A DNA stretch of 59,270 bases, filler included, from Sluysia triapertura (lineage: Eukaryota), in assembly GCA_046118255.1 (NCBI GenBank). It is 4 parts of 4 records of this genome, joined end to end, with 100 filler letters (N's around TTAATTAATTAA, not from the genome) between each part and the next. Parts side by side here need not be neighbours in the genome. Positions count along the whole stretch, not along the records: positions 1 to 23,956 come from JBJNIA010199597.1; positions 24,057 to 34,908 come from JBJNIA010192628.1; 2 more parts are not named here. One strand, written 5' to 3'. Positions 12,720 through 24,730 of this stretch are shown in pieces. Below the pieces are notes generated by a model. It worked only from the letters and a program-made list of their open reading frames with translations, did no database searches and had not been told where the DNA came from. The stretch's first letter is position 1. Each line of letters opens with the position of its first letter. Both the position numbers and the translations under genes were made by a program.

Positions 12720-12935
12720 TTGGAAACCAAGATGAATATTTCATTGAGACATAATAATCTAGATGATATATTATATACTATTTACGTTTCAAAAATATAC
12801 AACCAGTTACCAGAGAATGTCAAATTACTGTAAGATTATGAATATTTAAGAAAAGGTAAAGTTCTCTCTGTTTCAGAAATATTCTAATGAATGATTTATT
12901 TTAACCGCTTTTGAGTACTTATTTAGGGGTATGTG
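12720..12935 (+). mobile_element. L2-like LINE 3' fragment
   Basis: DDILYTIYVSKIYNQLPENVKLL followed by the same 3' UTR as 1-110. Confidence 0.7.
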
Positions 12936-13378
12936 GTTTACAGGTGATGACTCTAAATAATTATTATTTCTATTAGAAAATAAAAACTTTAAAATCCCTA
13001 ATATTATTTCTTTGTTTAGGTATATTATCGATTTGGACCTAAAATAGCTATGAGATGATACTTTAATTTGACTTATTGAATTCCAAATTCTAACTCTTAT
13101 TACTAGGTTATTGAGGGCGACATAGAATATCATATCTCTTTTTGTTTCAAAATACTCAAGATTTTCATTATCATATAAACATTTATTAATTAAAGATTTA
13201 TTGAACACACAGAGACTAATATTTATTAAGATGTTATAAATTTTAAAAAGATGGTTAATAAATTTTGGAATTACATGAACCATTCTGTTATTTATCAATA
13301 TCCTTCGCACTGCATCGCGTTGGGTATCGCGTTGGGCCTATAGCTGGAACATAATTCTAAAAAAATGAATAAATAATT

Positions 13379-14359
13379 CTAAAGTAAAAATAAATAAAAT
13401 AATATTTTCTTAAGGTTAATGTCTTCATCAGCTGCGACAAAAATCACAATTCCATTTTGTTTGTTTCTAGTTCTGTATTGGTATAGCCGAAAATGCAACC
13501 GGAATTGTCGATGAACTTGTGCCTTTTTTATACTAATTACGCTAAAGATTAGAAAATTTTGGAAAACTTTGACATCTCTTTGACTGAATGGATGCTGCTG
13601 TTGATTAACTTTATTAGCTGATCGTAATATTCCGCTTAAGATAATAATATTGTCTTTTAGAATCATGTACAAAACACACTTTGTCACACTAGTCGGTTTA
13701 TCCATTTCTACATATGTTCGTTTAACTCTATATACATCTTTAACGGGTTTATCTTTTTCTAACTTTGTTCGTTTAACTTTATATACATCTTTAACAGGTT
13801 TATATATTTCTAATTGGGCCACATGACCCATTATAAGCTGACTAAATGGAAATCGAATAGTATTGTCATGACAATGCCTTTCAACTTCGTTCAAAGTATC
13901 ATCTACGATTAAATCACACAATTTACTAACGAGCATCGGTTGAAGAGTTACCAGATCTTCTTTTATCAAAATTAATGAACAGCTTTCTGCTCTTATTAGT
14001 AGACTCACATTTTGAAGAATTATAAAACCAATTGTTGTGACTTTCAAATCATCACATAAATCTTTTAATAAATCTTGTATCATTTCATTTACGTCTAAAT
14101 TATTTTTATGTGCACCTCGACATCTCTCAGTATGTTTTGTTGATGATGAGTAATTATTTAGGTTAGGAGCATATGGTGACGAAATTGTAACGGAACCATC
14201 ACTATTAGTCAAAATCATAGGTTTAAAGTTGGCTGATGCGCTTGATCTAAACTTAGATGGTAGTCTTTCGAAGCATAATTTACCGATAATACTAGTCGTA
14301 GAAACGTTAATATTTAAACTTCCACTCTGCTTAAGTTGTATATATAATGCTAATATCAT
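13379..14359 (-). CDS. Intronless GAF-domain ORF derived from a PDE5/6/11-type phosphodiesterase (GAF-A only, no catalytic domain); diverged copy or pseudogene
   Basis: DLLKDLCDDL...IILQNVSLLIRAESCSLILI...LVSKLCD...IRFPFSQLIMGHVA...KDVY...NK.....PFSQRDVKVFQNFLIF..I.IKKAQ follows the GAF-A pattern (ILVNV.LL..ADRCSLFL, LV.KLFDV, I.GHVA, NK....FT..DE.VF..YL.F.GI.I.NAQ). Contains a 51-bp in-frame tandem duplication at 13695-13812. Confidence 0.8.
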   Translation of the reverse strand: MILALYIQLKQSGSLNINVSTTSIIGKLCFERLPSKFRSSASANFKPMILTNSDGSVTISSPYAPNLNNYSSSTKHTERCRGAHKNNLDVNEMIQDLLKDLCDDLKVTTIGFIILQNVSLLIRAESCSLILIKEDLVTLQPMLVSKLCDLIVDDTLNEVERHCHDNTIRFPFSQLIMGHVAQLEIYKPVKDVYKVKRTKLEKDKPVKDVYRVKRTYVEMDKPTSVTKCVLYMILKDNIIILSGILRSANKVNQQQHPFSQRDVKVFQNFLIFSVISIKKAQVHRQFRLHFRLYQYRTRNKQNGIVIFVAADEDINLKKILFYLFLL

Positions 14360-14498
14360 TCTAGTATTAAAATCTAATGATAAAAATTTTGATATCCGAA
14401 CTAAATTCTAAAATTTTTAATTTCTTATTTTTTGCTTTTTAATTCGTTGTTTAATTTTGTTTTAATACTTTTATTTTTAGAACAGGCAATTTCGATTT

Positions 14499-14641
14499 TG
14501 GTTGGTCATCCAATCAGAGCCTCAAGACAGAACATTAAACAATATCAGCTCTGATTGGGTGGCATGCAAGAAATTGGTAGTACTGATGATTGGCCATCAT
14601 CAATGTTGAAGTGTAGTGTCAACACCGATGACGGTAGTAAC
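14499..14641 (-). promoter_or_regulatory. Palindromic CCAAT-box module upstream of the GAF ORF
   Basis: CCAATCAGAGC (14510-14520) and GCTCTGATTGG (14548-14558) form an inverted repeat. TGATGAT-TGGCC-ATCATCA hairpin at 14584-14602. GGTAGTAAC is shared with 53122-53130. Confidence 0.4.
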
Positions 14642-14726
14642 CAGTTTATTGACATTAATGAAAATTTAAATGAAATAATTTAAAATTTAAAAGAAAATCG
14701 CATAAATGTCTTTTAACTATATTTTA

Positions 14727-15665
14727 CACGATCTTTTCTTTTAATATTTATTTCTTCTGACATATAAAAAATAAAATGAAATAAAGATTGCTGATATTGT
14801 ATGAAAGCGCAACGATAACAGGGTGCACTATGCTCGAGTTATCGTTGCTGCTTCGTTTTATAAATTGAATTCTTTAAAGCTGCATTATATAATCCTTAAA
14901 TACTTACGGGTTTCTAACATGTTGAAATGAATTGAAATGTATTAGAGACTAAATTTCTGAGTAAGAATTGTTTTGAAAGAATTGTTAAGTATACTTAAGT
15001 ATAATAATTGATATGAGTCTTGAAGTGAACTGGAATGTTAGAATAAGTTCTTCGATGTTGCTTGATGTTTATGTTTGAAGACAAAATTTATGTATTGAAA
15101 TATAGTGGTTAAAAGGTTTATTGAGAAGGTTGTAATTTATTGAATTAAAAGGGGAATTACAATATAACTCTTTGTATATTAAGGATGTTATGTTATATTT
15201 TGTGTGAATATTTTGTTTGGTGTTTTTAGTGTTAGTGTTCTGTGTTAATGATGATTATGCATTGATGAATAGTGCATTTGAAGTGTTGTACGTGATTCGA
15301 AGGTGTGAAGTAGATGCTTTATGTGTTTGGAGTATATTTATTGATGCTGTGAATTGGTATTGAATGTGCTGTGGATTATATGTTGTAAGTTGTGATTGTG
15401 ATTTGATTGAGGTCAATAAACTATTGAGTAAATATTATTAAATATCGGGTATCGATCGATACAGAGTAGTGTAAGATGAAGGTTCGAAAGTACTAGATGG
15501 ATTGTTTGAGATATGTTTGTTGTTGGATTATTGTAACTGTCGAGTCTTGTTTCTGATGAGTTAATTAATGTGATTTGGTAGTGTTAAATATGATTGTTAT
15601 TTAGATGTTGTGAAATTTTAATAGATTTTTAGTGATTATGAGTGTTGACCACCACACTAATTAAA
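14727..15665 (-). repeat. Unclassified strand-skewed interspersed repeat, copy 2
   Basis: Homologous to 6895-7925. Hairpin at 14809-14848 and end motif GTTGACCACCACACTAA at 15644-15660. Confidence 0.8.
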
Positions 15666-16634
15666 ATTAATTTTATAACAAACTGAAAACAAATCTAATA
15701 CTGATACTTTATCTTTACTATGATCTTTTGATGGTAAAGGAATTGAATCTTTACAATATCCAGATATTAAACCTTCTTCAACTGGGAGTCTCAAATAATT
15801 TCTATGATTATAATCAGATGCAAGTTGTTATTGAGTTATGGAAGGTATGTGATGGACTAGGAACTGGAAGTTATATAAATTCTCCCGGGAATTCTTCACG
15901 AACATGTTGGACTACTTGGTTTTAAATCTTCTTTTCCCATTAAGCATTTTGTAAGTGGATCGTCAGAATTAACAGTTTTAATTGAATTGGAAGATGTAAG
16001 CGTAAAAGGATTGATTGATGTGTTTATATTGGAGATAATGCAGGACTTTTGATAATTTTAACAGGGTCAGGTTGAGTTAAATTTCTTTCGATTGAACAAA
16101 AGAATATTTCTGATGTACCATCATTTTCTAAAACATATTCTTCTGATACTACTGAATTTCACAATTTATTTTTATAACAGATGAAATCCAGAAAAACATT
16201 GGTAATTTCATTTTAAATTTTACAAGTTTTGATTAAGCCACTATGTTATACGATCGATTCTAAAACTGATAGAACGAATAAATAAATAGAAATAACAAGA
16301 TAACAATAATATTTAAAATTATAATACCAATATTAAACCTTAGATTGTAGTTGTATTATGAATGTTAATGTAAGTATTATTGTCGTCATGAAAATATGTT
16401 GAGTTTTGAATTATTGTGCTGTGTTACTAGTGTTTTAGGTTTTTGCATGTTGTTTATTTGATTTTTATTAACTGTATTAAGTTCCGTTGAAGTTTGTTGA
16501 AATATGTATTTGTTTATAATATCTATGTTTTATAGTTGAATTCATCATAGTTATAAATAAATAACGATAATTACTTGATAAAGAAGCAATGCATACTGAA
16601 TGCTTGTGACATTTTTCCAAAAAAGAATATAATA

Positions 16635-16757
16635 CACCTATCCGTCGTTTTACGCGGTACTTTTTACAGGTTTTCGCCTTTACATAGCATTTAATTTTAA
16701 ATTTTTTTAAACCTTGTAAAAGCGCAAAAAAGTACCGTGTAAAACAAGGAATAAGTG
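16635..16757. mobile_element. Small Tc1/mariner (pogo/Tigger-like) MITE, 123 bp
   Basis: About 31-bp imperfect TIRs CACCTATCCGTCGTTTTACGCGGTACTTTTT and AAAAAGTACCGTGTAAAACAAGGAATAAGTG, with TA on both sides. Confidence 0.75.
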
Positions 16758-17834
16758 TAAATAAAAAGGTTTCTGTAACATCAAATAAAGAATCGCGAAA
16801 TGTAACTATGGAGGGCTTTTTATTTTTTATTATTAAAATTATCAAACTTTTTAACAAGAATTAAACAAATTAACGAAATATTAAACTTTATAATAACAAA
16901 TGAAATAGTTAATGAAATAGGCTTAAGGCCTTTAAAAAACACCAACAAAATTTAAACAACATATATTAAAAAGTATATATTTATAAGACCACAACTCATT
17001 CTAATTTGATAAAATGTCCACCAATAAAACTAACTCTAGTATAACAAACGTAACTGCACAAAAAGACTCATCGTTAAAGTTGCTGAAAAATGATCAATTG
17101 GTATAAAAATAAATGATAGTACTGTTATCAACATTAATATTGAAAATTTAGAAAAACAATAGCCATTATGAATATTACCAAGAAATGATATCGAATTATT
17201 TACTCGGAGTAATAATATTGACATTATGGTGAAAAACATAAACATAGAAAAATGAATACGATAAATTGCAGTTATGTTTGGGTCACATAATAAAGGTATT
17301 TTTTGTAGTATTACATATAATCTCGAAACAAACATGAAATTGATAGTGAGCAAATTAGCAAGTAAATCATAAGATAAATGACTCGAGCGACTGTTGATGA
17401 AATACAATTATTACCACCGCACTTACAACAAATGCTTGAGATGGCACTTGCACGACAACAAATTACTGATGAAGCTAAACATGCAATACAGCAACTCATT
17501 ATAATTTTATCATTTAAACATTTATCATTTTATCATTATAATTTAATCCAAAAAATCAATTTTTTAACTTTAGTTTTATTTTTTACATAATTTCCAGAAA
17601 TAATTTATTGGTTCTAAACTTAGAAGATATTGACAAATACTTTCTATTTTGTACATTGTATAATAATAAAAGTGATAATAAAATAACATTTACAAAACTT
17701 ATAACAAATTTACTTACCATGATTATATAAATATTATTGTTATATTAATGATTGTATATTATGATTATTTTTATTTGATGAACAAGACCTCTATGATTCT
17801 TGTGTTAAATTGTTGATAGTTTTCTTCTTGACAG

Positions 17835-18235
17835 TTCAGTAGCTACTTTGCGAAATTATTGAATAACGCATTTTGCGTTTGCATTTGCTTCCGTAAAGTA
17901 ATATTTGTGTCACGAGTTTTTTCTCTTGCATTATCAGTAGATTGTTTTTATCAAGATCCACTTTGTAGTTTGGTTAAACAATTTGTCATTTGTAATATCA
18001 TAAACGAAAGTTGTCACTGACGAATCCCGCATACAACTTGGAGTTAAACTGCAAAATCTTTCTTGACCAACAGTGACGTAAAATTGCAGCTGACTTGAAA
18101 GGTCCTCCAGATACATACTTTTTTATGTTGTTTGAAACATACTATTATAAATATCATACATGAAGAGTGATAAGAGGTGTTTAGTCGACACTTTTTTCAC
18201 CGAAAAATTTAATTCAGGTTTTTCTAAAGCTATTC
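17835..18235 (-). pseudogene. RAB6: Rab6 pseudogene, intronless
   Basis: Fragments [73 protein letters not shown] and FRKVATEL correspond to Rab6 [73 protein letters not shown] and FRRVAAAL. Frameshifts, stops and deletions present. Confidence 0.85.
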
Positions 18236-19569
18236 GGAATTCTAAAATGTTGATTACTGTTTCTCTTGAATGCATTTGATGAATAGTTCTGTGTTCCGAA
18301 ACAGAAATGACTTTTTGTTGATTTGAATTAATTGATTTTCGAATTTTCAGTCCAGTTTGTAAATATAGGAATGTCGAAAAAATGATAAGAGTAACAAAGA
18401 AAACAAGAAAACTAATTAAAAATGAATTTGGCAATGCTTTGTCAGTAATTATTAATTATGTTAGATTCTTCGTCGGTTACTTCATCTCTTTCCAAATTAA
18501 ATCAATACTTTGCTGATTCATAAAGTAACATTCTAATAAATCTAAATATTTGAGTGTTGGTGTTTTATACTGATGGAGCTGATGATGACCATTTACTAGA
18601 AGAATGTCGAATTTAGCACAGGTGTAAATTGACCAGATACACACACACAGATAAATATATATAAAAATTCATGCAAACAATAAAATAAAAAGAAAGGTTA
18701 ATGGTAAGGATAAAAGGAATAATAATGATAACAATAGCATAATTATTATATATTTTAAAACAATGATATTGATGATTTTGTGGTATTATAATAGAAATTA
18801 TTATGCGAAATTATTATAAGAATTACTGTTACAATTGGATTTAAAATAATAATGACTATAATTCATGATAATTATGTACAATGGTTATGTTTGTTTTTTG
18901 AATGAATCCAGTAGTTTATTTAGTGTTCTGTGTTTGCAAAAAATGTTTTTATGTGATGAAGTGTTGAAATTTTGATGTGATTTCCCAGTGTAACCAAAAC
19001 TTTACACAATAGGAGACATTATAGCTATTGATATAATTAAATTAAAATACAATTAAAGGTGCGATAAACAATAAAATTGCAGAAACAATGAAAATTAGAA
19101 AAGGTGGATTACTTTTAAAAATTTCCAAAATAAGTGTCTTGCATTCTTTGATGTATGATACAATTGCACAATATATCTTCATCCGGTAAGAAACGGATTT
19201 ACCCAACGAAATTTTCATAGATAATACATGTAATAAAATTAAGATTTAGGAAAAATAAATCAAACCCTAAGTTCCACTTCAATGATTAGATTGTGGAATT
19301 AAAAACATTCAGACTTAAATATTTATTTGTACCAATAAGAATACGATGCTAAAGCTAATATTATTAAAGAAACACGATTTCTATTATTTTTTGTCATTTT
19401 AGTGTTTCTTCCAAGATTAATAAAATGTTCCAAATGTACAGAATTTTGCAAATGATAACAGTCTCAGGGTAAACGTATACGTGATATTACTAAGTTGTAA
19501 TCATAACTCTCTAAAATCATGTAAAATGTCATTATAAAACTTTAAATCAATTAAAGATCTTTAAAATCA

Positions 19570-19730
19570 CTTTGGGAAAAGATATTTATTTTCCGAAAAA
19601 GAAAATAATTTTACAAAAAATAATTTATTTTTCGAAAAAAGATAAAATTTCGAAAAAGGAAAATTCGCTTCTAAAAATAGAATTAAAGCTTCTAGAACAT
19701 TTCATCAATTCATATTCGATCACAACCTGT
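19570..19730 (+). repeat. Repeat with about 20-bp TTTCGAAAAAAGAAAA-like subunits; related to 39345-39495 and 57750-57855
   Basis: Recurrent TTTT(C)(G/T)AAAAAAGAAAA units in all three regions. Confidence 0.5.
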
Positions 19731-20490
19731 TTTATTTTAATTCCATGCTGATCTTAAGTTATTTTTATTAAGGTGATACTAAATGTTAAAATTGGAATAA
19801 TAAAATATGCTGAACTTTATTTTTTTAAAGATACATCAAGTTTCCCCGATGTATTGAGGGCCAAAATATATTTAAATTTATTTTATAAAAAAAACAATTA
19901 AAAACTCTCGCGGTTTTAATTGCAAAATTTTACTTTATTTTTATTCACTTTTCACCTATATCTTTAATATTTATTTAATATTTGATATTTCTTTAACATC
20001 TTTAGTTAAGTATTATTTTTTATGTACATCTTGTATTAATTTCTTTTAATACCTTTAACCACCTTGTTACCTTTTATTGCTGAGTCAACATTACCTTAAT
20101 ACAATAAGAAAAATAACCATTTTTTAGTTAAATAGCACAATAAGAAAATTACATCTAATAAAACAGATTAAAGAAGTTAAGTTCAAAGAATTTTAATTAT
20201 TTTTCATTTTTTCCCAAAGAAAAGATCATGTTAAGAAACTAAAGTTTATGCATTTAATATAATTTTATTATAGTATTATTTTATTTTATTTATTTATATT
20301 ATTACAATTTATTAGTATTTTAGATATTTTTATTACTTTTGTTATTATTATTATTACCATTTACATTATTATAAAATTATCATCAACATAGTCATTCATT
20401 TTTAATTATTAATTTTGGTCAGCAACAATTGTATTCCATAGTCTGTCACCAGTCGCCAGTTTAATTAAAGTTAACTCAGCATAACGTGTT

Positions 20491-20684
20491 AACTGTCGAC
20501 CGATGACAGTTGCATTTTTGTGTATGCATTGTTAGGCACTGTAATTTTGATCTGATTGGACGTCCAATCAAGATTTGTACACCCACACTTATAAATTTAG
20601 TAAACAGCTTATTTTAGTCTGTTTAGAAGCCAAATAAATGTCATTTTTGTAATTTTATCATTTGTATTAGTGGACGTCCAATCA
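20491..20684 (+). promoter_or_regulatory. Palindromic CCAAT-box module upstream of the YOD1 pseudogene
   Basis: Perfect 18-bp palindrome TGATTGGACGTCCAATCA at 20553-20570, a partial second copy near 20672-20684, and hairpin AACTGTC-GACCGAT-GACAGTT at 20491-20511. Confidence 0.4.
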
Positions 20685-20851
20685 TGAGTTTGTAGAGCAG
20701 TCAAAAATTTTTTTGCACACAAAAAAAGAACAAAAAAGCATAAAGCAGAGTTTTAAAAATTATATTTACGAACAAACTTTAATTTTTTTTATCCTATTGA
20801 ATTATTTTGGCTCATTTATTTAAATAATAAAAGAATCTATCATATTTTATA

Positions 20852-21315
20852 ATGGTAGAAACTATTCGTTTAAAACTAAGTCGGATGTCAAACAAAATTT
20901 TATCGAAATTAAGAAAAACTCTACGTTAAACGAATTACTTAGTCGCATAAGAAATAATTTCAATGATGATGGAAAACCAAGCTGAATTATTTTAAGTAGA
21001 TATCTAACGATTTCCATCGATACTACAAAGCTAAGTCTTACTCTCGCTAAAAGTCAATTAAAGAATGATGATTGTATTTTAATCAAATTCAAAGAAGAAC
21101 GTTACAAATTGATAGTTTTAAAACATGAAATTCTTTTACATAATTCATGTCTGTTTACAGGTATTCCTTGTTGCCTTAACGAAGGTCATGTAAATAAATA
21201 TGATTTTACAGAAGTAGATGTAAAACAGCGAGCATAATTCTATCAGATCCCGATTCATATAATGTCGATTTGCTTGACAATAAAACTACACTAGATTATT
21301 CAGCATTGATTCAGC
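20852..21315 (+). pseudogene. YOD1: YOD1/OTU1 deubiquitinase pseudogene (ubiquitin-like N-terminus and start of OTU domain), intronless
   Basis: MVETIRLK...STLNELLSRI...KHEILLHNSCLFTGI...IILSDPDSYNVDLLDNKTTLDYSALIQ resembles the YOD1/OTU1 motifs V.ADNSCLFTS and SDP..Y....LGK.N.EYC.WI. One in-frame TGA and two frameshifts. Confidence 0.7.
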
Positions 21316-22092
21316 AGCTCACATTCAACAATTATTATTTTAACGAATTTAATATTGCAAATAATCGTATCCTTCCAACAACTACATCATTACTCAATAT
21401 TTCTTCAATTCAACAGAAATATGAATTCTTTCGTAAACACACACGAACAGTGCAATATCCATTTTATTTGAATGAATTGGGTGAATGCTGTTAATTTGGA
21501 CAATCTTGTTATTTTTATCATAATATTCAAGAAATACGTTACATTGATTCTAAACAAAACATTATCAATGATCACTTAGAACATGTAAATAATTAAGTAA
21601 TGACTATTCAAGTTGATAAAGTTAAAGATAAACTCACATTTAACAAAAATCATGCTAAGTTCTTTAACAATACTACACCTATTAGTTCTATTGATTATTT
21701 AGAATCAAAAGTAATTTTTATTTCATTTTAAGAAATCCTCAGTTGAAGAAACTTATGACGTGTCGCAATGTAAACAGCCCATTCAACATCAAAAATAACT
21801 CTATAACTTTTTATTTTAGTATAACCTTTATGTTCAAGATAATAAAAAATAAGTCTATGTTTGTTTTCTCGGTCATTTTGTTAATTATAAAAAATAAATA
21901 TAAATCAATTAAATTAAATAAATTTAATTTAATCATGAAAAAAATGCTTAAGTTAATTATAATTAATTTTAATGATATAATTGATGTTAAAAACGTAAAC
22001 AAAAATCACTTAACACTAAATTCAAAACTCTAAAATTTTTTCTGTAGAACTAAGTTTCATTTGATGTTTTTAGTTGTTTCTAAGTATGAGTT

Positions 22093-22096
<4 letters not shown>

Positions 22097-22155
<59 letters not shown>

Positions 22156-22400
22156 AATATATTAATTTATAGTGCACTCATATCTACTACAAAGTAAATA
22201 TTCAAAAGCGCTTAAGGTAAACCATTCACCATAATATTTCTGAAACAGAAAGAAATTTGCCTTTCTTAAATATTTCATAATCTTCCAGCAATTTGACATT
22301 CTCTGGTAGTACTGGTTGTATATTTTTGAAACATAAACGATATAAAACCTATCACTGTCGATTCTGTACAGATTATTACTGTCTCAATAAAATATTTCCA
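22097..22400 (-). mobile_element. L2-like LINE 3' fragment with (TTA)n tail
   Basis: Reverse complement of the 1-150 family (DSDRFYIVYVSKIYNQ...). The (AAT)n run at 22097-22158 lies directly at its 3' end. Confidence 0.75.
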
Positions 22401-23785
22401 GTTATGAAGCAAAGCATCAGATCCATTCAAATGTACAAATTTAACATAAAAGTATTAATATATATTTATTTATTCATTTATAACATTATAAATGACGATG
22501 CGAAACATATTTCTAATTATATTTTCGAAAAAAAATAAATGTTGATTATTAAAAAGTATGTCTCATTTGAATTTGACCTTGACATTTTTGAACATAAAAT
22601 TCAAATTATGTATGACTAAAATACAACCGAAATAAGTATAATAATAAAATGGAAATAGAAATTTGAATTTGATATTGATGTGTGTGTGTGTGTCGGATTA
22701 CGAAATATTTTTTCTGTATTTAAAATTATCATTATTTTTGAATAATACAGTGTACGAAAAACTGACATTTGGAGAAATATTGGATTTACTGTTGATATCA
22801 ATGTCTGAGATATATAATTGGATAATGTATCGATTTTTTATGACGTTTTTTTATTTTATTGTCATTTACATAAAACGAAATTATTACAAAATTGGTGATG
22901 TATTGATTCAATATTTTTCATTTCAAAGATAACTCGAAAATATTTTGGAAATGGTACATTTTACTTTAAATATTAATAATAATTATCTTTAATTTAATAT
23001 TTATAAGTGAATACAAGTAAACTCCGAAAACACTAACAACGATCGAACCACCATCATAAGGCAACAGTAGACGGATAGAATAATCCAAAAAAACACTTGA
23101 AGGATATTCAGACACATAAGGCTAGATTTTTTAGTGTTAATGTACATTCTTGATCCACTTTTGTTAATATTTGCTCTTTCATGTCGAGCGTAAGTATCCC
23201 GGTTGCATTATTGAAATTACTCATGAACATTGTAAATCCTTTTACATGAACAGATGTTATAATAGAATAAATCGGTTGATTTAGCTTTACATATTTGATG
23301 GCAAAAATTATCTAATTGATCGTATCTTTGATATAATATTACTTACTATTTTTATAAATTTAAATGTAATTATTTAAATATTGATTTTTTCATTATAAAA
23401 TCTATCTACATTTCTATAATCTGAAAATGATGTTAGAAGCTTCATAATTTGTAAGTTTGTCATTAATAATAGTGTAAAATTAATTTTTACACAAGACTGC
23501 TTCGATTACGCGAGAAATTAAATAAATTATAAGATTTAGAATTAAGAAACTCAAAGTTTCAAAATATTCAAAGTTAAAATAAATGTTTTCTAAACTAAAA
23601 TAAAGTTATTATGAAAATAATTAACAAAACAAAATTATAAAAAAAGAATTGAACAAATAATAATGTAAACGAACTATCATTGCATAAAGAAAGAATGGAG
23701 TAAAAAAACTATTTATTATCATAATAGAACTAATTGTTATTATTGAATACTAGAAAAATAAATTACTGTATGATAGAAAAGTAAT

Positions 23786-23956
23786 TAATAATAATAATGA
23801 TAATAATAATATATTAATTTATATCTGCTGCAAAAGCGCTTAAAATAAATCATTCATTATAATATTTCTGAAACAGAAGCAACTTTGCCTTTTTCTTAAA
23901 TATTTCACAATCTTCCAGTAATTTGACATTCTCTGGTAGTACTGGTTGTATATTTT
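23786..23956 (-). mobile_element. L2-like LINE 3' fragment, cut by the gap
   Basis: Same family, with an AAT-rich tail at 23786-23812. Confidence 0.75.
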
Positions 23957-24056
23957 NNNNNNNNNNNNNNNNNNNNNNNNNNNNNNNNNNNNNNNNNNNN
24001 TTAATTAATTAANNNNNNNNNNNNNNNNNNNNNNNNNNNNNNNNNNNNNNNNNNNN
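23957..24056. other. Artificial contig linker
   Basis: 44 N + TTAATTAATTAA (stops in all six frames) + 44 N. Confidence 0.97.
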
Positions 24057-24539
24057 TATTCTTTACTCGTCTCTTAATCTAAAGTTGGGCAATCCCAACA
24101 TATCTCATTCCCCAAGAAAATGTCTGACCTCAGACATCTATAAAAGAACAAAATCTTATTCAGATAATAAAAAAAATATCTTAAAATAGTCAAAAAGCTA
24201 CTACAATGTCCATTATAAAAACATTAATCAGATTGTCAAAAATGTATCAACACCAACCAAAGAAAAACAACAAAATTCGATCGCTTATAAATAAGGTGAA
24301 AAATAAAGCAATTAATTATTCATTGGCAACTATCAACAGAGGATTTTAACAATGACATACTGCACTTAATCTCACATATAAAAAAAATTTACAATTAATA
24401 ATCAATCAAACACCAAGAACAACCCCCAAATAGGAAGAAGATCTTATGGAATTACAGTAGCTCTCAATAAAAGCAAGAATATAATTCAAATCTATGACAA
24501 CAATCTACAAGTGCTCACTCCATGGAAGCCCTTAACATC

Positions 24540-24730
24540 TCTCGGAAACAATCAAAAATTGGAACCTAAGATGAATAATATTTCATTAAGAGATGATGAT
24601 AATCCATACAGAATCCACAGTGACAACAAGCCAGATGATAGGTTGTATACCGTTTATATTTCAAAAAAAATATACAACCAGTTGTCAGAGAGAATATCAA
24701 ATTACCGGAAGATTATGAAATACACAAAAG
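24540..24730 (+). mobile_element. L2-like LINE ORF2 C-terminal fragment
   Basis: LEPKMNNISLRDD...DDRLYTVYISKKIYNQL within ORF 24511..24843. DNA matches 12720-12850. Confidence 0.6.

Noticed and set aside
14581-14605. Hammerhead ribozyme (CTGATGA)
   Set aside because: No correctly placed GAAA or three-stem junction here or at the other CTGATGA sites I checked.
15400-15600. AP-endonuclease-like words (SSETRL, IVY*PQS) in cassette copy 2
   Set aside because: Not preserved in copy 1, so they cannot support a LINE assignment.
23030-23300. Cadherin-like words (NATGILTL, YDGG) on the minus strand
   Set aside because: Too few conserved residues, and split across frames.
23957-24056. TTAATTAATTAA palindrome inside N runs (three times)
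   Set aside because: Identical 44N-12-44N layout each time; an artificial six-frame-stop linker, not biology.
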